From: Verrucomicrobiia bacterium
GTDB lineage: Bacteria > Verrucomicrobiota > Verrucomicrobiia > Limisphaerales > UBA11358
Direction of reading: 5' to 3'
Length of the DNA: 64,000 nt
Assembly (NCBI GenBank): GCA_049280815.1
Contig: JBAPQW010000053.1
Location: 125,108 to 189,107, forward strand
The notes beneath the pieces are model-generated. The model was not told where the DNA came from, made no database searches, and saw nothing but the letters and a program-made list of their open reading frames with translations. The translations under genes were made by a program, and so were the position numbers. This document shows positions 1-9,600 of this stretch, piece after piece; position 1 is the first letter of the stretch, and every line of letters starts with the position of its first letter.

Positions 1-108
1 CGGCACGCCACCTCCCAACCAAGCCCCGTTGGGGCGGCATATTCCGCCAATCTCAATTCTTTGCCCGGCATTATTCATTCGTTTCCGAAGTTGCTCCTGA
101 CGGAGCTT

Positions 109-495
109 TTATTTAGCCGTTTTCTTTTTGGCGATATATTTCACATCGTCGAGTCCTTCAAAGTCATCGTCTTGCGTCCACAGGGTTGCATCTTGTGCGC
201 GGGCGGTGGCCAGAATAATGGAATCGGCCATCGGCAGCTTCATTTCCAGACTTAACCGCGCGGCGCTCATGGCCAGCGTCGCATCCAAATCAACGATGCT
301 GCCTTGCTGCATCAGGGCCATCGCCTCCAGTGCATGGCGTTCTCCGAGTTCGCGCCGCATCCAGCGGCACACCTCAAAAACACAAATTGTCGGCACGACC
401 AGGCGTGAAGCATCGCTGACGGCTTTGGCGAAGAAATCCGCGTTTGCCCCGCCGCCGAGAAACTCAATCCAGCCGGAGGAATCCACGACATTCAC
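109..495 (-). CDS. vapC: PIN-domain toxin (VapC-like ribonuclease)
   Basis: 128-aa ORF with PIN-type acidic residues (D5 in MNVVDSSG, E in VFEVCRW, D in MADSIILATA, DDD near the C-terminus). Its start overlaps the upstream antitoxin stop by 4 nt (ATGA). Confidence 0.8.
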   Translation of the reverse strand: MNVVDSSGWIEFLGGGANADFFAKAVSDASRLVVPTICVFEVCRWMRRELGERHALEAMALMQQGSIVDLDATLAMSAARLSLEMKLPMADSIILATARAQDATLWTQDDDFEGLDDVKYIAKKKTAK

Positions 496-698
496 AGTCG
501 ATCCGCTTCCCTTTCAAAGTCCGTGTTCATTCCCTTGAATGCGCCGCGCATTCCCTTGATGGGGCGCAGCGGCACCATGACAACCTGGCCTTCAAAGTTG
601 ATCATCTGCATCTTTTGGCCGGCCTTAAGATGCAGTGATTCGCGAATTCGCTGCGGGATTACCACCTGGAACTTGGGTGATAGTGTGACGGTATCCAT
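492..698 (-). CDS. vapB: AbrB/SpoVT-type antitoxin (VapB-like)
   Basis: 68-aa ORF with a SpoVT/AbrB-like N-terminus (KFQVVIPQRIRESLHLKAGQ). It lies directly upstream of, and overlaps, the PIN toxin gene. Confidence 0.75.
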   Translation of the reverse strand: MDTVTLSPKFQVVIPQRIRESLHLKAGQKMQMINFEGQVVMVPLRPIKGMRGAFKGMNTDFEREADRL

Positions 699-718
699 AT
701 CGTTATTATGTCCGTATT

Positions 719-747
719 ACGATAGTATGTTCGATAGTTAATGTCAA
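719..747 (-). promoter_or_regulatory. candidate vapBC promoter with direct-repeat operator
   Basis: Minus strand reads TTGACA (747-742), 17 nt, TATCGT (724-719), about 20 nt upstream of the vapB ATG. Two ACTATCG direct repeats (738-732 and 726-720) overlap the spacer and -10. Confidence 0.4.
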
Positions 748-768
748 CTACGCGGGTTGAGAGCCGTT

Positions 769-1548
769 CTATTTCTCATAAAAATGAACCTCGCCGGTGG
801 AAAGGTCGTACATGCCGCCGACCAGGCTGATCTGGCCGTTGTCCAGCATCTCGCGCAGGATGGGGCTGCGTTCGCGGATTTGTTGCATGACCAGCCGGAC
901 GTTGGCTTCGGAGACCTTATCCACAAACTCAAGATTCTTTGAATTGCGCGGCTGGACATCGGCGGGGACCTGGGCTATCGCCGGCTGAATCTTGGCGAGC
1001 AAACCGGTGAGGTTGCCCAGATCCACGCTGTCCACGGCACCCTTGATGGCACCGCAATTGGAATGGCCGATGACGGCAATCAATTTGGCGCCCGAGACCT
1101 TGCAGGCAAATTCCATGCTGCCGAGAATGTCATCGTTCAGCACGTTGCCGGCGACGCGCGCGCTGAAAATGTCGCCGATGCCCTGGTCGAGGACGATCTC
1201 GATGGGCTGGCGCGAATCCAGACAGCTCAAAACCACGGCAAAAGGATACTGGCCGGCGGCCGTGGCCTTGACATCGGCGGGTTGGTTGCGGACCAGCGGG
1301 TGGCCGGCCACAAACCGGGCGTTGCCTGCCTTCAATTCCGCCAGCGCCGATTGCGGCGTCATCGCCGCCTGCGATTCCTTGGTGGGCGGTGCTGCCGAGG
1401 CAAACACCGTACAAACGGGCACCGGCGCCGAACAACAGGCGCCCGAAGCATTCTTGGAAGATTGACAGCCGGTCGCAAGCAAAACTGCCACCGTCAGGCC
1501 GGCGAACAACGAAAAACGACAGGATGATTTTTTCATAATTAGATTCAT
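769..1548 (-). CDS. beta-class carbonic anhydrase, lipoprotein
   Basis: 259-aa ORF with beta-CA zinc-ligand motifs CLDSR and HSNCGA. The N-terminal signal carries the lipobox LLATGC. The start could instead be Met5 (1536). Confidence 0.85.
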   Translation of the reverse strand: MNLIMKKSSCRFSLFAGLTVAVLLATGCQSSKNASGACCSAPVPVCTVFASAAPPTKESQAAMTPQSALAELKAGNARFVAGHPLVRNQPADVKATAAGQYPFAVVLSCLDSRQPIEIVLDQGIGDIFSARVAGNVLNDDILGSMEFACKVSGAKLIAVIGHSNCGAIKGAVDSVDLGNLTGLLAKIQPAIAQVPADVQPRNSKNLEFVDKVSEANVRLVMQQIRERSPILREMLDNGQISLVGGMYDLSTGEVHFYEK

Positions 1549-1878
1549 GGAACCATTTCAAAAGTTCTGCGTCATTTGTGAAAAATAGCTGGACGGCATT
1601 GCTGCTGCAATGGAATTGGCTGTGAAGATGGCGTTTGGCGAGGAAAGCCTTCACGTTGGGGGAAACTCCAACTTGCAGCCTTCAGACAGCCAATTGAAAA
1701 TTTTTAGCTCAACGGAAACACCCCCCAACTGTGGAATGTTTGATGTTTGGTTCAGCGGTTCGGGGTGGACTGAAAAAAGTCCTTGCAAATCTATGGAGTA
1801 GGCGGAAAATCGCCAAAAAGGTCCACGCTGGTCGTGGGCCGGAAATCAGAAATACCAGTCAAAAGTAACCTGTAATAT

Positions 1879-2457
1879 ATGATTACATCCTCCCGCGCCA
1901 ACTCATGCTTGATCATCATTCCGACGCTGCTGCTTCTCACGTGTGTCGTGCTTTTAGTCAGCGGCTGCGCGGCACCATCAACGCAGGATCATGCCTTTTC
2001 AGAACAAAATAAAATCAAAGGAAATTCGGAATCCATACCCGCTTCCATGGATGTCACTTGGGGGAGTGTTTTAGAAGTGATAGCCGAGCGTGGCTGGCTC
2101 ATGCAACAAGCCGATACCAAAAGCCACGTGATCCTGGCTACTCGGGAAATACGTGACGAAAATGATAAAGATCTCTCGCATTCACTTTCAGCCACCGTAA
2201 CCCTTGTCCCGGTGTCCGAGCAGATTACGCATGTGATCGCGGCAGCGAATGAGACCACCGAGTTGCATAAGAAATCCCATGATTGGTGGCATTTGCTGTG
2301 GCTGATCCCGATTTTTCCCACCGGAACGGAATACACCACTGTCGTAGTCAATCGAGACACGGTGCAAAATCCACAGATCTACCAGGACTTCTTTGATGCC
2401 GTAACAAAAAAATGTAATGAGAAAAAGGCGTCGTCAACCCCCGCGTCTGCGCCCTGA
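1879..2457 (+). CDS. hypothetical lipoprotein
   Basis: 192-aa ORF with a hydrophobic signal and lipobox LVSGC. It sits in a visibly AT-richer segment. No family recognised. Confidence 0.55.
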   Translation: MITSSRANSCLIIIPTLLLLTCVVLLVSGCAAPSTQDHAFSEQNKIKGNSESIPASMDVTWGSVLEVIAERGWLMQQADTKSHVILATREIRDENDKDLSHSLSATVTLVPVSEQITHVIAAANETTELHKKSHDWWHLLWLIPIFPTGTEYTTVVVNRDTVQNPQIYQDFFDAVTKKCNEKKASSTPASAP

Positions 2458-2845
2458 ACCCCGCTCACATTTACGGCAAACCACATCTTTCCGAAACCAT
2501 CGAATCGGGAAGAAATGAGTCAGAACTAACTTTTGATGCCAGAACCCGGAATGGAGCAGTTCATTTCTGCTTTACCGCCTTTGACTCATCCTTCCCCTGG
2601 GCAAAACGTCGCCGCTTGGCGCCGTGATTCCCGTTAAGCCAAGCTGAGTCCATTTTCCAAGTCGGTTGGTATGACTGCGGCCAGGATGGACTTTCTCGTC
2701 TTAAATTCCATGGGATTTGGTTGATTTGGAACCCCTTCAATCGGCCAAAAGACAATGCAGGGCAAAGTTGAGTTGCGAGCAATAATCAAGAATTCAGCTT
2801 TAAAAATTGACGACCCTGGGTTCCGCCTGTTTTTGCAAAGATTCT

Positions 2846-3877
2846 TCAGAACTGGCGCAGAAACCGCACGTCGTTTTCGTAAAAGAGCCGGATGTCATTG
2901 ATGCTGTAACGAATCATGGCGATGCGTTCGATGCCAAAGCCGAACGCCCAGCCGGTCCAGATTTCGGGGTCATACCCGACGTTCTCGAACACCTGCGGAT
3001 GCACCATGCCGCAACCGGCGATTTCCAGCCAGTCCTTGCCCATCTTTTTGACCAGCGCGCTGCTGAAATCGATTTCGAAGCTCGGCTCAGTGTAGCTGAA
3101 ATAATGCGGGCGGAAACGGATCTTCACGTCGCTGCCGAGCAGTTCCTTGAAGACGAACTCGACCGTGCCTTTGAGGTCGCCGACGGTGACGCCCTTGTCC
3201 ACGTAAAGCCCTTCAATCTGCTGGAAGGTCGGATTGTGGGTGGCGTCGGCATTGTCGCGGCGATAGACGCGGCCCGGGACGATGATGCGCACCGGCGGCG
3301 GCTGCGATTTCATGACGCGGATTTGGACCGAAGAGGTGTGGGTGCGTAAAAGGAGTTGAGAGTTGACGGTTGATGGTTGAGAGCCATCAGGCTTTGCAAG
3401 GTAGAACGTATCCTGGGCGTCGCGGGCAGGGTGGTCGGCGGGGGTGTTGAGCGCGTCGAAACAATGATACTCGTCCTCGATTTCCGGGCCGTCGGCGACG
3501 GCGAAGCCGAGCTTGCGGAAGGCGCGGACGATGTCTTCGGTCACCTGGGTGAGCGGATGCAGTTTGCCCAGTGCGCGGCGGCGGCCAGGGAGGGTGAAAT
3601 CGGTTGGCTCCTTGGGCAGCGCAGCCTGGAGTTCGAGTTCCGCACGCCGGTCGGCCAGCGCGGCTTCAAGTTCGACCTTGGCGGCGTTGATGAGTTTGCC
3701 GGCGGCGGGCTTTTCCTCCTTGGAGAGCGTGCCGAGCTGTTTCATCAGCGCAGTGAACTTGCCATTAGGCCCGATCCAGGCGCCCTTGGTCTGTTCGAGC
3801 GCGGCGAGGTCGGGCGCGGCTTTTAAATCCGCCAGGGCGGTTTGTTTTAGCGGCTCAATGTCATTGAGAAGTCCCAT
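2846..3877 (-). CDS. pheS: phenylalanine--tRNA ligase alpha subunit
   Basis: Class II aaRS core is recognisable (FRPHYFSYTEPSFE, GWAFGFGIERIAMI). The ORF-track start at 3919 is TTG, so I chose the ATG at 3877 (MGLLNDIEP), giving 343 aa. Confidence 0.9.
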   Translation of the reverse strand: MGLLNDIEPLKQTALADLKAAPDLAALEQTKGAWIGPNGKFTALMKQLGTLSKEEKPAAGKLINAAKVELEAALADRRAELELQAALPKEPTDFTLPGRRRALGKLHPLTQVTEDIVRAFRKLGFAVADGPEIEDEYHCFDALNTPADHPARDAQDTFYLAKPDGSQPSTVNSQLLLRTHTSSVQIRVMKSQPPPVRIIVPGRVYRRDNADATHNPTFQQIEGLYVDKGVTVGDLKGTVEFVFKELLGSDVKIRFRPHYFSYTEPSFEIDFSSALVKKMGKDWLEIAGCGMVHPQVFENVGYDPEIWTGWAFGFGIERIAMIRYSINDIRLFYENDVRFLRQF

Positions 3878-3911
3878 ATGAATCGAAGCTGGAGGATAGA
3901 GGATGGCAGAG

Positions 3912-3954
3912 GGAAACAAAAGAAAAACGGGCGAGCCTTCTCAGGTCGCCCGTT
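3912..3954 (-). terminator. intrinsic terminator between rplT and pheS
   Basis: Minus strand reads AACGGGCGA / loop CCTGAGAAGGC / TCGCCCGTT, followed by TTTTTCTTTTGTTT. It lies 21 nt after the rplT stop and 35 nt before the pheS ATG. Confidence 0.8.
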
Positions 3955-3975
3955 AAGATTTGTTGCCGAACCCGA

Positions 3976-4359
3976 TCAGGCCTTGGCCAGGGTGGCGGCG
4001 GGTTTGGCCTTCAGCGCGTTTTTGGCGATATTGACCAGTTCATTGAAGGCGGCGGCATCGGTCGCGGCGAGATCGGCGAGCACTTTGCGGTCGAGCGCGC
4101 ATTTAGCGGCCTTGAGTCCCTCGATAAATCGGCTGTATGTCAGACCGGCGGCGCGCGCGGCGGCGTTGATGCGGATCTGCCAGAGATAACGGAAATTGCG
4201 CTTCTTGGTGCGGCGGTCGCGATAGGCATATTGCCGGCCATGGTCCACGGCGTCGGAGGCGTAACGGTACAGTTTGGAGCGGCGCATCCGGTAGCCTTTG
4301 GCGGCTGTGACCATCCGTTTGCGGCGTTTGCGGGAGGCGGCGGCGTTGGTAACTCGCAT
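3976..4359 (-). CDS. rplT: 50S ribosomal protein L20
   Basis: 127 aa with typical L20 sequence (KGYRMRRSKLYR, YAYRDRRTKKRNFR). It follows rpmI. Confidence 0.95.
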   Translation of the reverse strand: MRVTNAAASRKRRKRMVTAAKGYRMRRSKLYRYASDAVDHGRQYAYRDRRTKKRNFRYLWQIRINAAARAAGLTYSRFIEGLKAAKCALDRKVLADLAATDAAAFNELVNIAKNALKAKPAATLAKA

Positions 4360-4395
4360 GGTTTAAATGAGCGTTGAGGTTAAATTGGGGTCCGG

Positions 4396-4605
4396 TCAGT
4401 GGCTGAACGGCAGGTTCTGGGTGATGCGATACGTGTCGGTGGGGTCCACCGCGGTCATGCCGCGCAGGGAACGCCGGCGCTTGGGGTTTTTGGTCTGGGC
4501 CAGATGGCGCCGGCCCGCGCTCGATCGCATGACTTTTCCCGTGCCCGTGATCTTGAAACGTTTGGCCACGGATTTTTTCGTTTTGATGCCTTTGGGTCGT
4601 CGCAT
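4396..4605 (-). CDS. rpmI: 50S ribosomal protein L35
   Basis: 69 aa, basic, with L35-like sequence [20 protein letters not shown]. Confidence 0.95.
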   Translation of the reverse strand: MRRPKGIKTKKSVAKRFKITGTGKVMRSSAGRRHLAQTKNPKRRRSLRGMTAVDPTDTYRITQNLPFSH

Positions 4606-4639
4606 AAATTCTTTAAATCTTTATCGCAAAAGAGCGCAA

Positions 4640-4668
4640 ACTATATGCGGCGGAAGTCGCCGAGGCAA
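4640..4668 (-). promoter_or_regulatory. candidate sigma70-type promoter of rpmI-rplT
   Basis: Minus strand reads TTGCCT (4668-4663), 17 nt, TATAGT (4645-4640), about 35 nt upstream of the rpmI ATG. Confidence 0.4.
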
Positions 4669-4737
4669 GCGATTTTTAACGGCAAATTGGGCGTGGCTGC
4701 TTGCCATGGGCGGGGGGGGTCATTTATTTTTGCTCCG

Positions 4738-5919
4738 ATGAAATATCGTCGTTTTGGCCGGACGGAGCTGGCGATGCCCGTGATTTCCTGCGGAGGAATG
4801 CGCTATCAATTCAAGTGGCAGGACGTGGACCCGAAGGACGTCCCGCGGGACAACCAGGACAACCTCGAGGCCACCATCCACCGCGCCATCGAACTGGGCA
4901 TCAACCACATCGAAACCGCGCGCGGCTACGGCACCTCCGAGATGCAGCTCGGCAACGTGCTGCCGAAGCTGGCGCGTGAAAAAATCATCGTCCAGACCAA
5001 GGTCGCGCCGAAGGCGACCGCCCGGGAATTTCTCGAAACATTTGAGACTTCGATGAAATATCTGAAGCTCGACCATGTGGATTTGCTGTCGTTGCATGGC
5101 ATCAACAACCGCGGGCTGCTGGATTGGTCGTTGAAGCCGGACGGTTGCCTGTCCGCGGCACGCCGGCTACAAAAGGACGGCCGGGTGCGGTTCATCGGCT
5201 TTTCCACGCACGCGACGACGGATGTCATCCTGAAAGCGGTGAACACCGGCGAGTTCGACTACTTCAACGTCCACTGGTATTTCGTGAATGACCTGAACTG
5301 GCCCGCGCTTGAGGCGGCGCAACGGCGGGACATGGGTGTCTTCATCATCAGCCCGAATGACAAGGGCGGGAAACTTTACGAGCCCCCGAAAAAGCTGGTG
5401 GATCTGTGCGCGCCGCTGTCGCCGATGGCATTCAACGACCTTTATTGCCTGGGACGACAGGAAGTCCACACGTTGAGTTGCGGCGCGGCGCGGCCGGGTG
5501 ATTTTGACGAGCACGTTGCCGCGCTGAAGTTTTACGACCGGATTCCCGAGACGATCGCGCCGGTGGAAAAACAGCTGCGCGGGGAAATGGAGCGCGTGCT
5601 GGGTGCCGACTGGTGTGGTCGGTGGTTTGAGGGCCTGCCGAATTTTGGGGACGTGCCGGGGCAGATCAACGTGTCGGAAATCCTGCGGCTGTGGACTTAC
5701 GCGAAGTCACTCGACCTCGTGGCGTGGGGCAAGATGCGTTACAATTTGCTGGGACAGGCCGACCACTGGTTTCCCGGCGAAAATGCGGCAAAGGTTCGTG
5801 AGGTGAATCTCCAGCCGGTGTTGGGACACAGTCCCTTTGCCGGCCGGATTCCCGCGATCCTGGAAGAATCGCACCGGATGCTGTTCGAGAAGCCGGTGCA
5901 GCGGTTGAGCGCCGGTTGA
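4738..5919 (+). CDS. aldo/keto reductase family oxidoreductase
   Basis: 393 aa from the ATG at 4738 ([23 protein letters not shown]). AKR-like motifs are present ([19 protein letters not shown]). The upstream part of the ORF-track frame (4399-4737) is antisense to rpmI and is excluded. Confidence 0.85.
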   Translation: MKYRRFGRTELAMPVISCGGMRYQFKWQDVDPKDVPRDNQDNLEATIHRAIELGINHIETARGYGTSEMQLGNVLPKLAREKIIVQTKVAPKATAREFLETFETSMKYLKLDHVDLLSLHGINNRGLLDWSLKPDGCLSAARRLQKDGRVRFIGFSTHATTDVILKAVNTGEFDYFNVHWYFVNDLNWPALEAAQRRDMGVFIISPNDKGGKLYEPPKKLVDLCAPLSPMAFNDLYCLGRQEVHTLSCGAARPGDFDEHVAALKFYDRIPETIAPVEKQLRGEMERVLGADWCGRWFEGLPNFGDVPGQINVSEILRLWTYAKSLDLVAWGKMRYNLLGQADHWFPGENAAKVREVNLQPVLGHSPFAGRIPAILEESHRMLFEKPVQRLSAG

Positions 5920-5983
5920 GGCGTGCGCCTCTCCGGCTGAATCCTGCAATCAGCCGGCGATCGTCCGGTGACAAGTTTCCGGA

Positions 5984-6622
5984 TTACGGTTGGTTGGTGC
6001 CGAATATCAATGACGAGGGGGAGGGCGCCACCGGGGTGGACAGAGCGCTGATCGGCGCTCCGGCGTTGAGTTGCTTGAGAACCGCGTCGGTCAGATCATT
6101 TTCGCCGTTGCTGTAAACCACGGCCGTGGTGGCGTTGGCGGTTTCCGCCGCGGCGTCGATGACCAGGGTGTAACCGGCGGCCCTGGCCTGGACGGCGATG
6201 GCGGCCTTGATTTCGGTGAGAATGTTTTCGCGCATCCGCTGACCCTGTTCAGACAAGGTAACCTGAGCCTGGCGTTCGAAGGTATCAATGGCGGATTTGG
6301 AATCCTGCAACGACTTCAGTTTGTCCGCGGCAGCCGCTTTGCGGCGGTCGCGTTCGTCGGCGGAAATGGCCTGGTCATTCGCTTGTTCCAAGAGCTTCTG
6401 ATAATCATCGCCGCCCTTCTTCAAGTCGTCGCGCATGCCCTTGTCGTCCTTGTCGAGTTGCGTCTTCCGGTCGTTGAGCGCCGCCTGCGCCTGCTTGGTC
6501 TTCCAATAGCCGTCAAACAGCTTGCGCAAGTCCACCGTGCCGATTTTGGTTTGGGCCAGCGCGGGAACGCTCAAACAGGCCAGCAACGTAATGGTCAAAA
6601 CGGTCTTTCGTAAAAATTTCAT
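5984..6622 (-). CDS. skp: OmpH/Skp-like periplasmic chaperone
   Basis: 212 aa from the ATG at 6622. It has a signal peptide (..PALA-QTK) followed by a long K/Q/D/A-rich coiled-coil region typical of Skp. It lies in the bamA operon context. Confidence 0.75.
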   Translation of the reverse strand: MKFLRKTVLTITLLACLSVPALAQTKIGTVDLRKLFDGYWKTKQAQAALNDRKTQLDKDDKGMRDDLKKGGDDYQKLLEQANDQAISADERDRRKAAAADKLKSLQDSKSAIDTFERQAQVTLSEQGQRMRENILTEIKAAIAVQARAAGYTLVIDAAAETANATTAVVYSNGENDLTDAVLKQLNAGAPISALSTPVAPSPSSLIFGTNQP

Positions 6623-6691
6623 GGGAATAGGAAAGCAAATTTCATGGATTTCGCCAACTGAAAACTGATGGGTCAAACCGGTGCGGCGGAA

Positions 6692-9600
6692 TCAAGGCAT
6701 TTGCAGCAAATAGAATTCCTGCGCTGAGTTGGTTTGCGCGGTGTTGGTGAAAATGAAGCCCCCGAAGCTGTCAAATTGATTGGTCGCAATGGACGTCCAG
6801 TTGGTCACCGGCACCAGAAGATTGGACGACATCAGGACGTAATAGGTGCCATTGTTCGTGCCGCCGAAACCGCTCAAAATAAAAGCCCCACCACCCGGCG
6901 CCGCGACAATGCCGGTAAAACTCAGCGAACCCACGGTCAGGAGCGCGTTGGAACTGGTCACCGACCCCGCGAGGTTCGTGATGGTAACCGTGTAGGTGCC
7001 GTCGTTGGTCAGTTGCACATTGCTGATGATCAGGATATTGCTGATCGAGCCGCTGAACTGGCCCCCATCCACCAGGTTTGTCTCGTTCATCTGCCACTGG
7101 TAACTCAACGGCGCCGTTCCGGTCGCAAGGACGGTCAGGGTCACGGTGGATCCCAGCCCCGCCGTCTGGTTCGTCGGCTGCACGATGATGGCCGGCGGGA
7201 TATTTGTCACCGTCAGGAGGGCATTGGTACTGGTGACGGATCCGCCGGCATTGGTGATGGTGACCGTGTAGTTTCCGATGTTGGTCGTCTGCACATTGGT
7301 GATGGTCAGCACATTGGTGGTCGCGCCGCTGATCTGGCCTCCATCCACCAGGAGGTTCGTCTCGTCCACCTGCCATTGGTAGCTCAATGGCGCCGTCCCG
7401 GTTGCGGTGACCACGAAGGTAATGGTCGATCCCGCCCCCACGGTCTGGTTCGTCGGCTGCAGGGTGATCGCCGGCGGGATATTCGTCACCGTCAAGACGA
7501 CGTAGGAACTGGTCACCGACCCGGCGCTGTTCGTGATGACGACGTTGTAATTTCCGCTGCTGATCTGTCGCACGTCGCCAAAGGTCAGCACCGTGTTGGT
7601 CGCGCCACTGATGAATCCTCCGTTGTAAGGGCCGTTGATCAAGTTCGTCCCGTTCAACTGCCAGTGATAACTCAGCGGTGCCAACCCAATGGCGGTGACC
7701 GCAAAGCTCGGATTCGATCCCACCGCCACGGCCTGGTTCGTTGGCTGCAGTGCCAGGATCACCGGCGACGACGCCACCGCCAGGCCGACCGAACCGGTTA
7801 CCGAACCCCCATAATTGGTGACGACGACCGTGTAGTTTCCGGTGTTGTTCGTCTGCGCATTGTTGATCTTCAATACGGTGGTGGTCACGCCACTGATGTT
7901 GCCGGCGTTCGTCAGGTTCACCCCGCCCACCTGCCATTGATAACTCAACGGCGCGGTTCCAGTTGCGGTGATAGTGAAGGTAACATTCGATCCCGCCACC
8001 ACCGACTGGTTCGTCGGTTGCAAGCTGGTGATCATCGGAGGGATATTTGTCACCAACAGGCTGGCGACCAAGCTGGTGACCGACCCGGAAATGTTCGTTA
8101 CCGTGACCGTGTAGTTGCCGCTGTTGTTCGTCTGGGCGTTGCTGATGTTCAACTGAACGGTGGCGGCGCCACTAATGTTCGCGCCATTAAAAGTTCCATT
8201 CTTCACCAGGTTCGTCCCGTCCCACCATTGGTAAATCAATGGCACCGTACCGATGGCGGTGACAGTAAAGGTCGCCGTTGCTCCCACCGCCATCGATTGA
8301 TCGGTTGGTTGTGCGACAATTATCGGCGACGCCTGCACAGTCAGGGTAGCAACGGAACTGGTGACCGAGCCTCCAAAATTGGTGATGATGACCGTGTAAT
8401 TTCCGCTGTTGGTCAGTTGCACCGTGCTGATCTTCAACGCATTGGTCGTCGCGCCACTGAACTGGCCTCCATTGACGAGGTTGGTCCCGTTCAATTGCCA
8501 GCGGTAACTCAACGGCGCCGTTCCGGTGGCGGTGACCGCCAGGGTCACCGTTGTCCCCACTCCATTCGTCTGGCTCATCGGCTGCATGGTGATCGCCGGC
8601 GGGATGTTCGTCACCGTCAGGCTCGCGACAAGGCTGGTCACCGACCCGGCGAGATTTGTGACGACGACCGTGTAGTTGGGACTGCTGTTGTTCGTCTGCG
8701 CATTGCTGATGATCAGATTGGTGCTGGTGGCGCCGCTGATCTGACCTCCGTTGACCAGATTCGTCCCGTTCAATTGCCAGTGGTAACTCAACGGCACCAT
8801 TCCGATGGCGGTGACATTAAACGTTGCATTCGATCCGACGGCAATTGACAGGTTGGTTGCCGGTTGCATGGTGATCACCGGCGCTCCCAGCACCGTCAGG
8901 CTGACGACCGAACTGGTGACCGAGCCTCCCAAATTGGTGATGACCACCGAGTAGTTGGTGCTGCTGTAGTTCGTGGAAGCGTTGCTGATTTTCAAGATGT
9001 TTGTGCTCGCGCCGGTAATGCTGCCTCCATTCACCAGGTTTGTGCCGTCCACCTGCCATTGGTAACTTAACGGCGCCGGCCCGGTCGCGGTGACGACGAA
9101 GGTTGCCAGCGAACCCATGGATATCGTCTGATTCGTCGGCTGCAGGGTGATCGTTGGCGGGATGTTCGTCACGGTCAGGAGGGCATTCGAACTGGTCGCC
9201 GAGCCGCCGAAATTGGTGACGATGACCGAGTAGCTGCCGCTGTTGGTGGCCTGGGCATTGCTGATGGTCAGCTTGTTGGTGGTCGCGCCACTGATGCTGC
9301 CGCCATTCGCCAGGTTCGTCCCGCCCACCTGCCATTGATAACTTAAAGGCGCCGTCCCGGTCGCGGTGACTGTGAAGGTTACGTTCGATCCCGCCGCCAA
9401 CGTCAGGTTCGTCGGTTGCAAGCTGATGATCGTGGGCGGGATATTGGTCACCGACAGGCTGGCGACCGAACTGGTCACCGATCCGGAAACATTTGTAATG
9501 CTGACCGTATAGTTTCCAGTATTGGTCGTTTGCGCATTGCTGATGATCAGCACATTGGTGGTCGCGCCACTGATGGTCGGGCCGTGGTTGACGGTGCCAT

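Noticed and set aside
4399-4737. 113-codon N-terminal extension of the aldo/keto reductase frame in the ORF track
   Set aside because: It overlaps rpmI in antisense and has no AKR similarity. The conserved AKR N-terminus (MKYRRFGRT) starts at the ATG at 4738.
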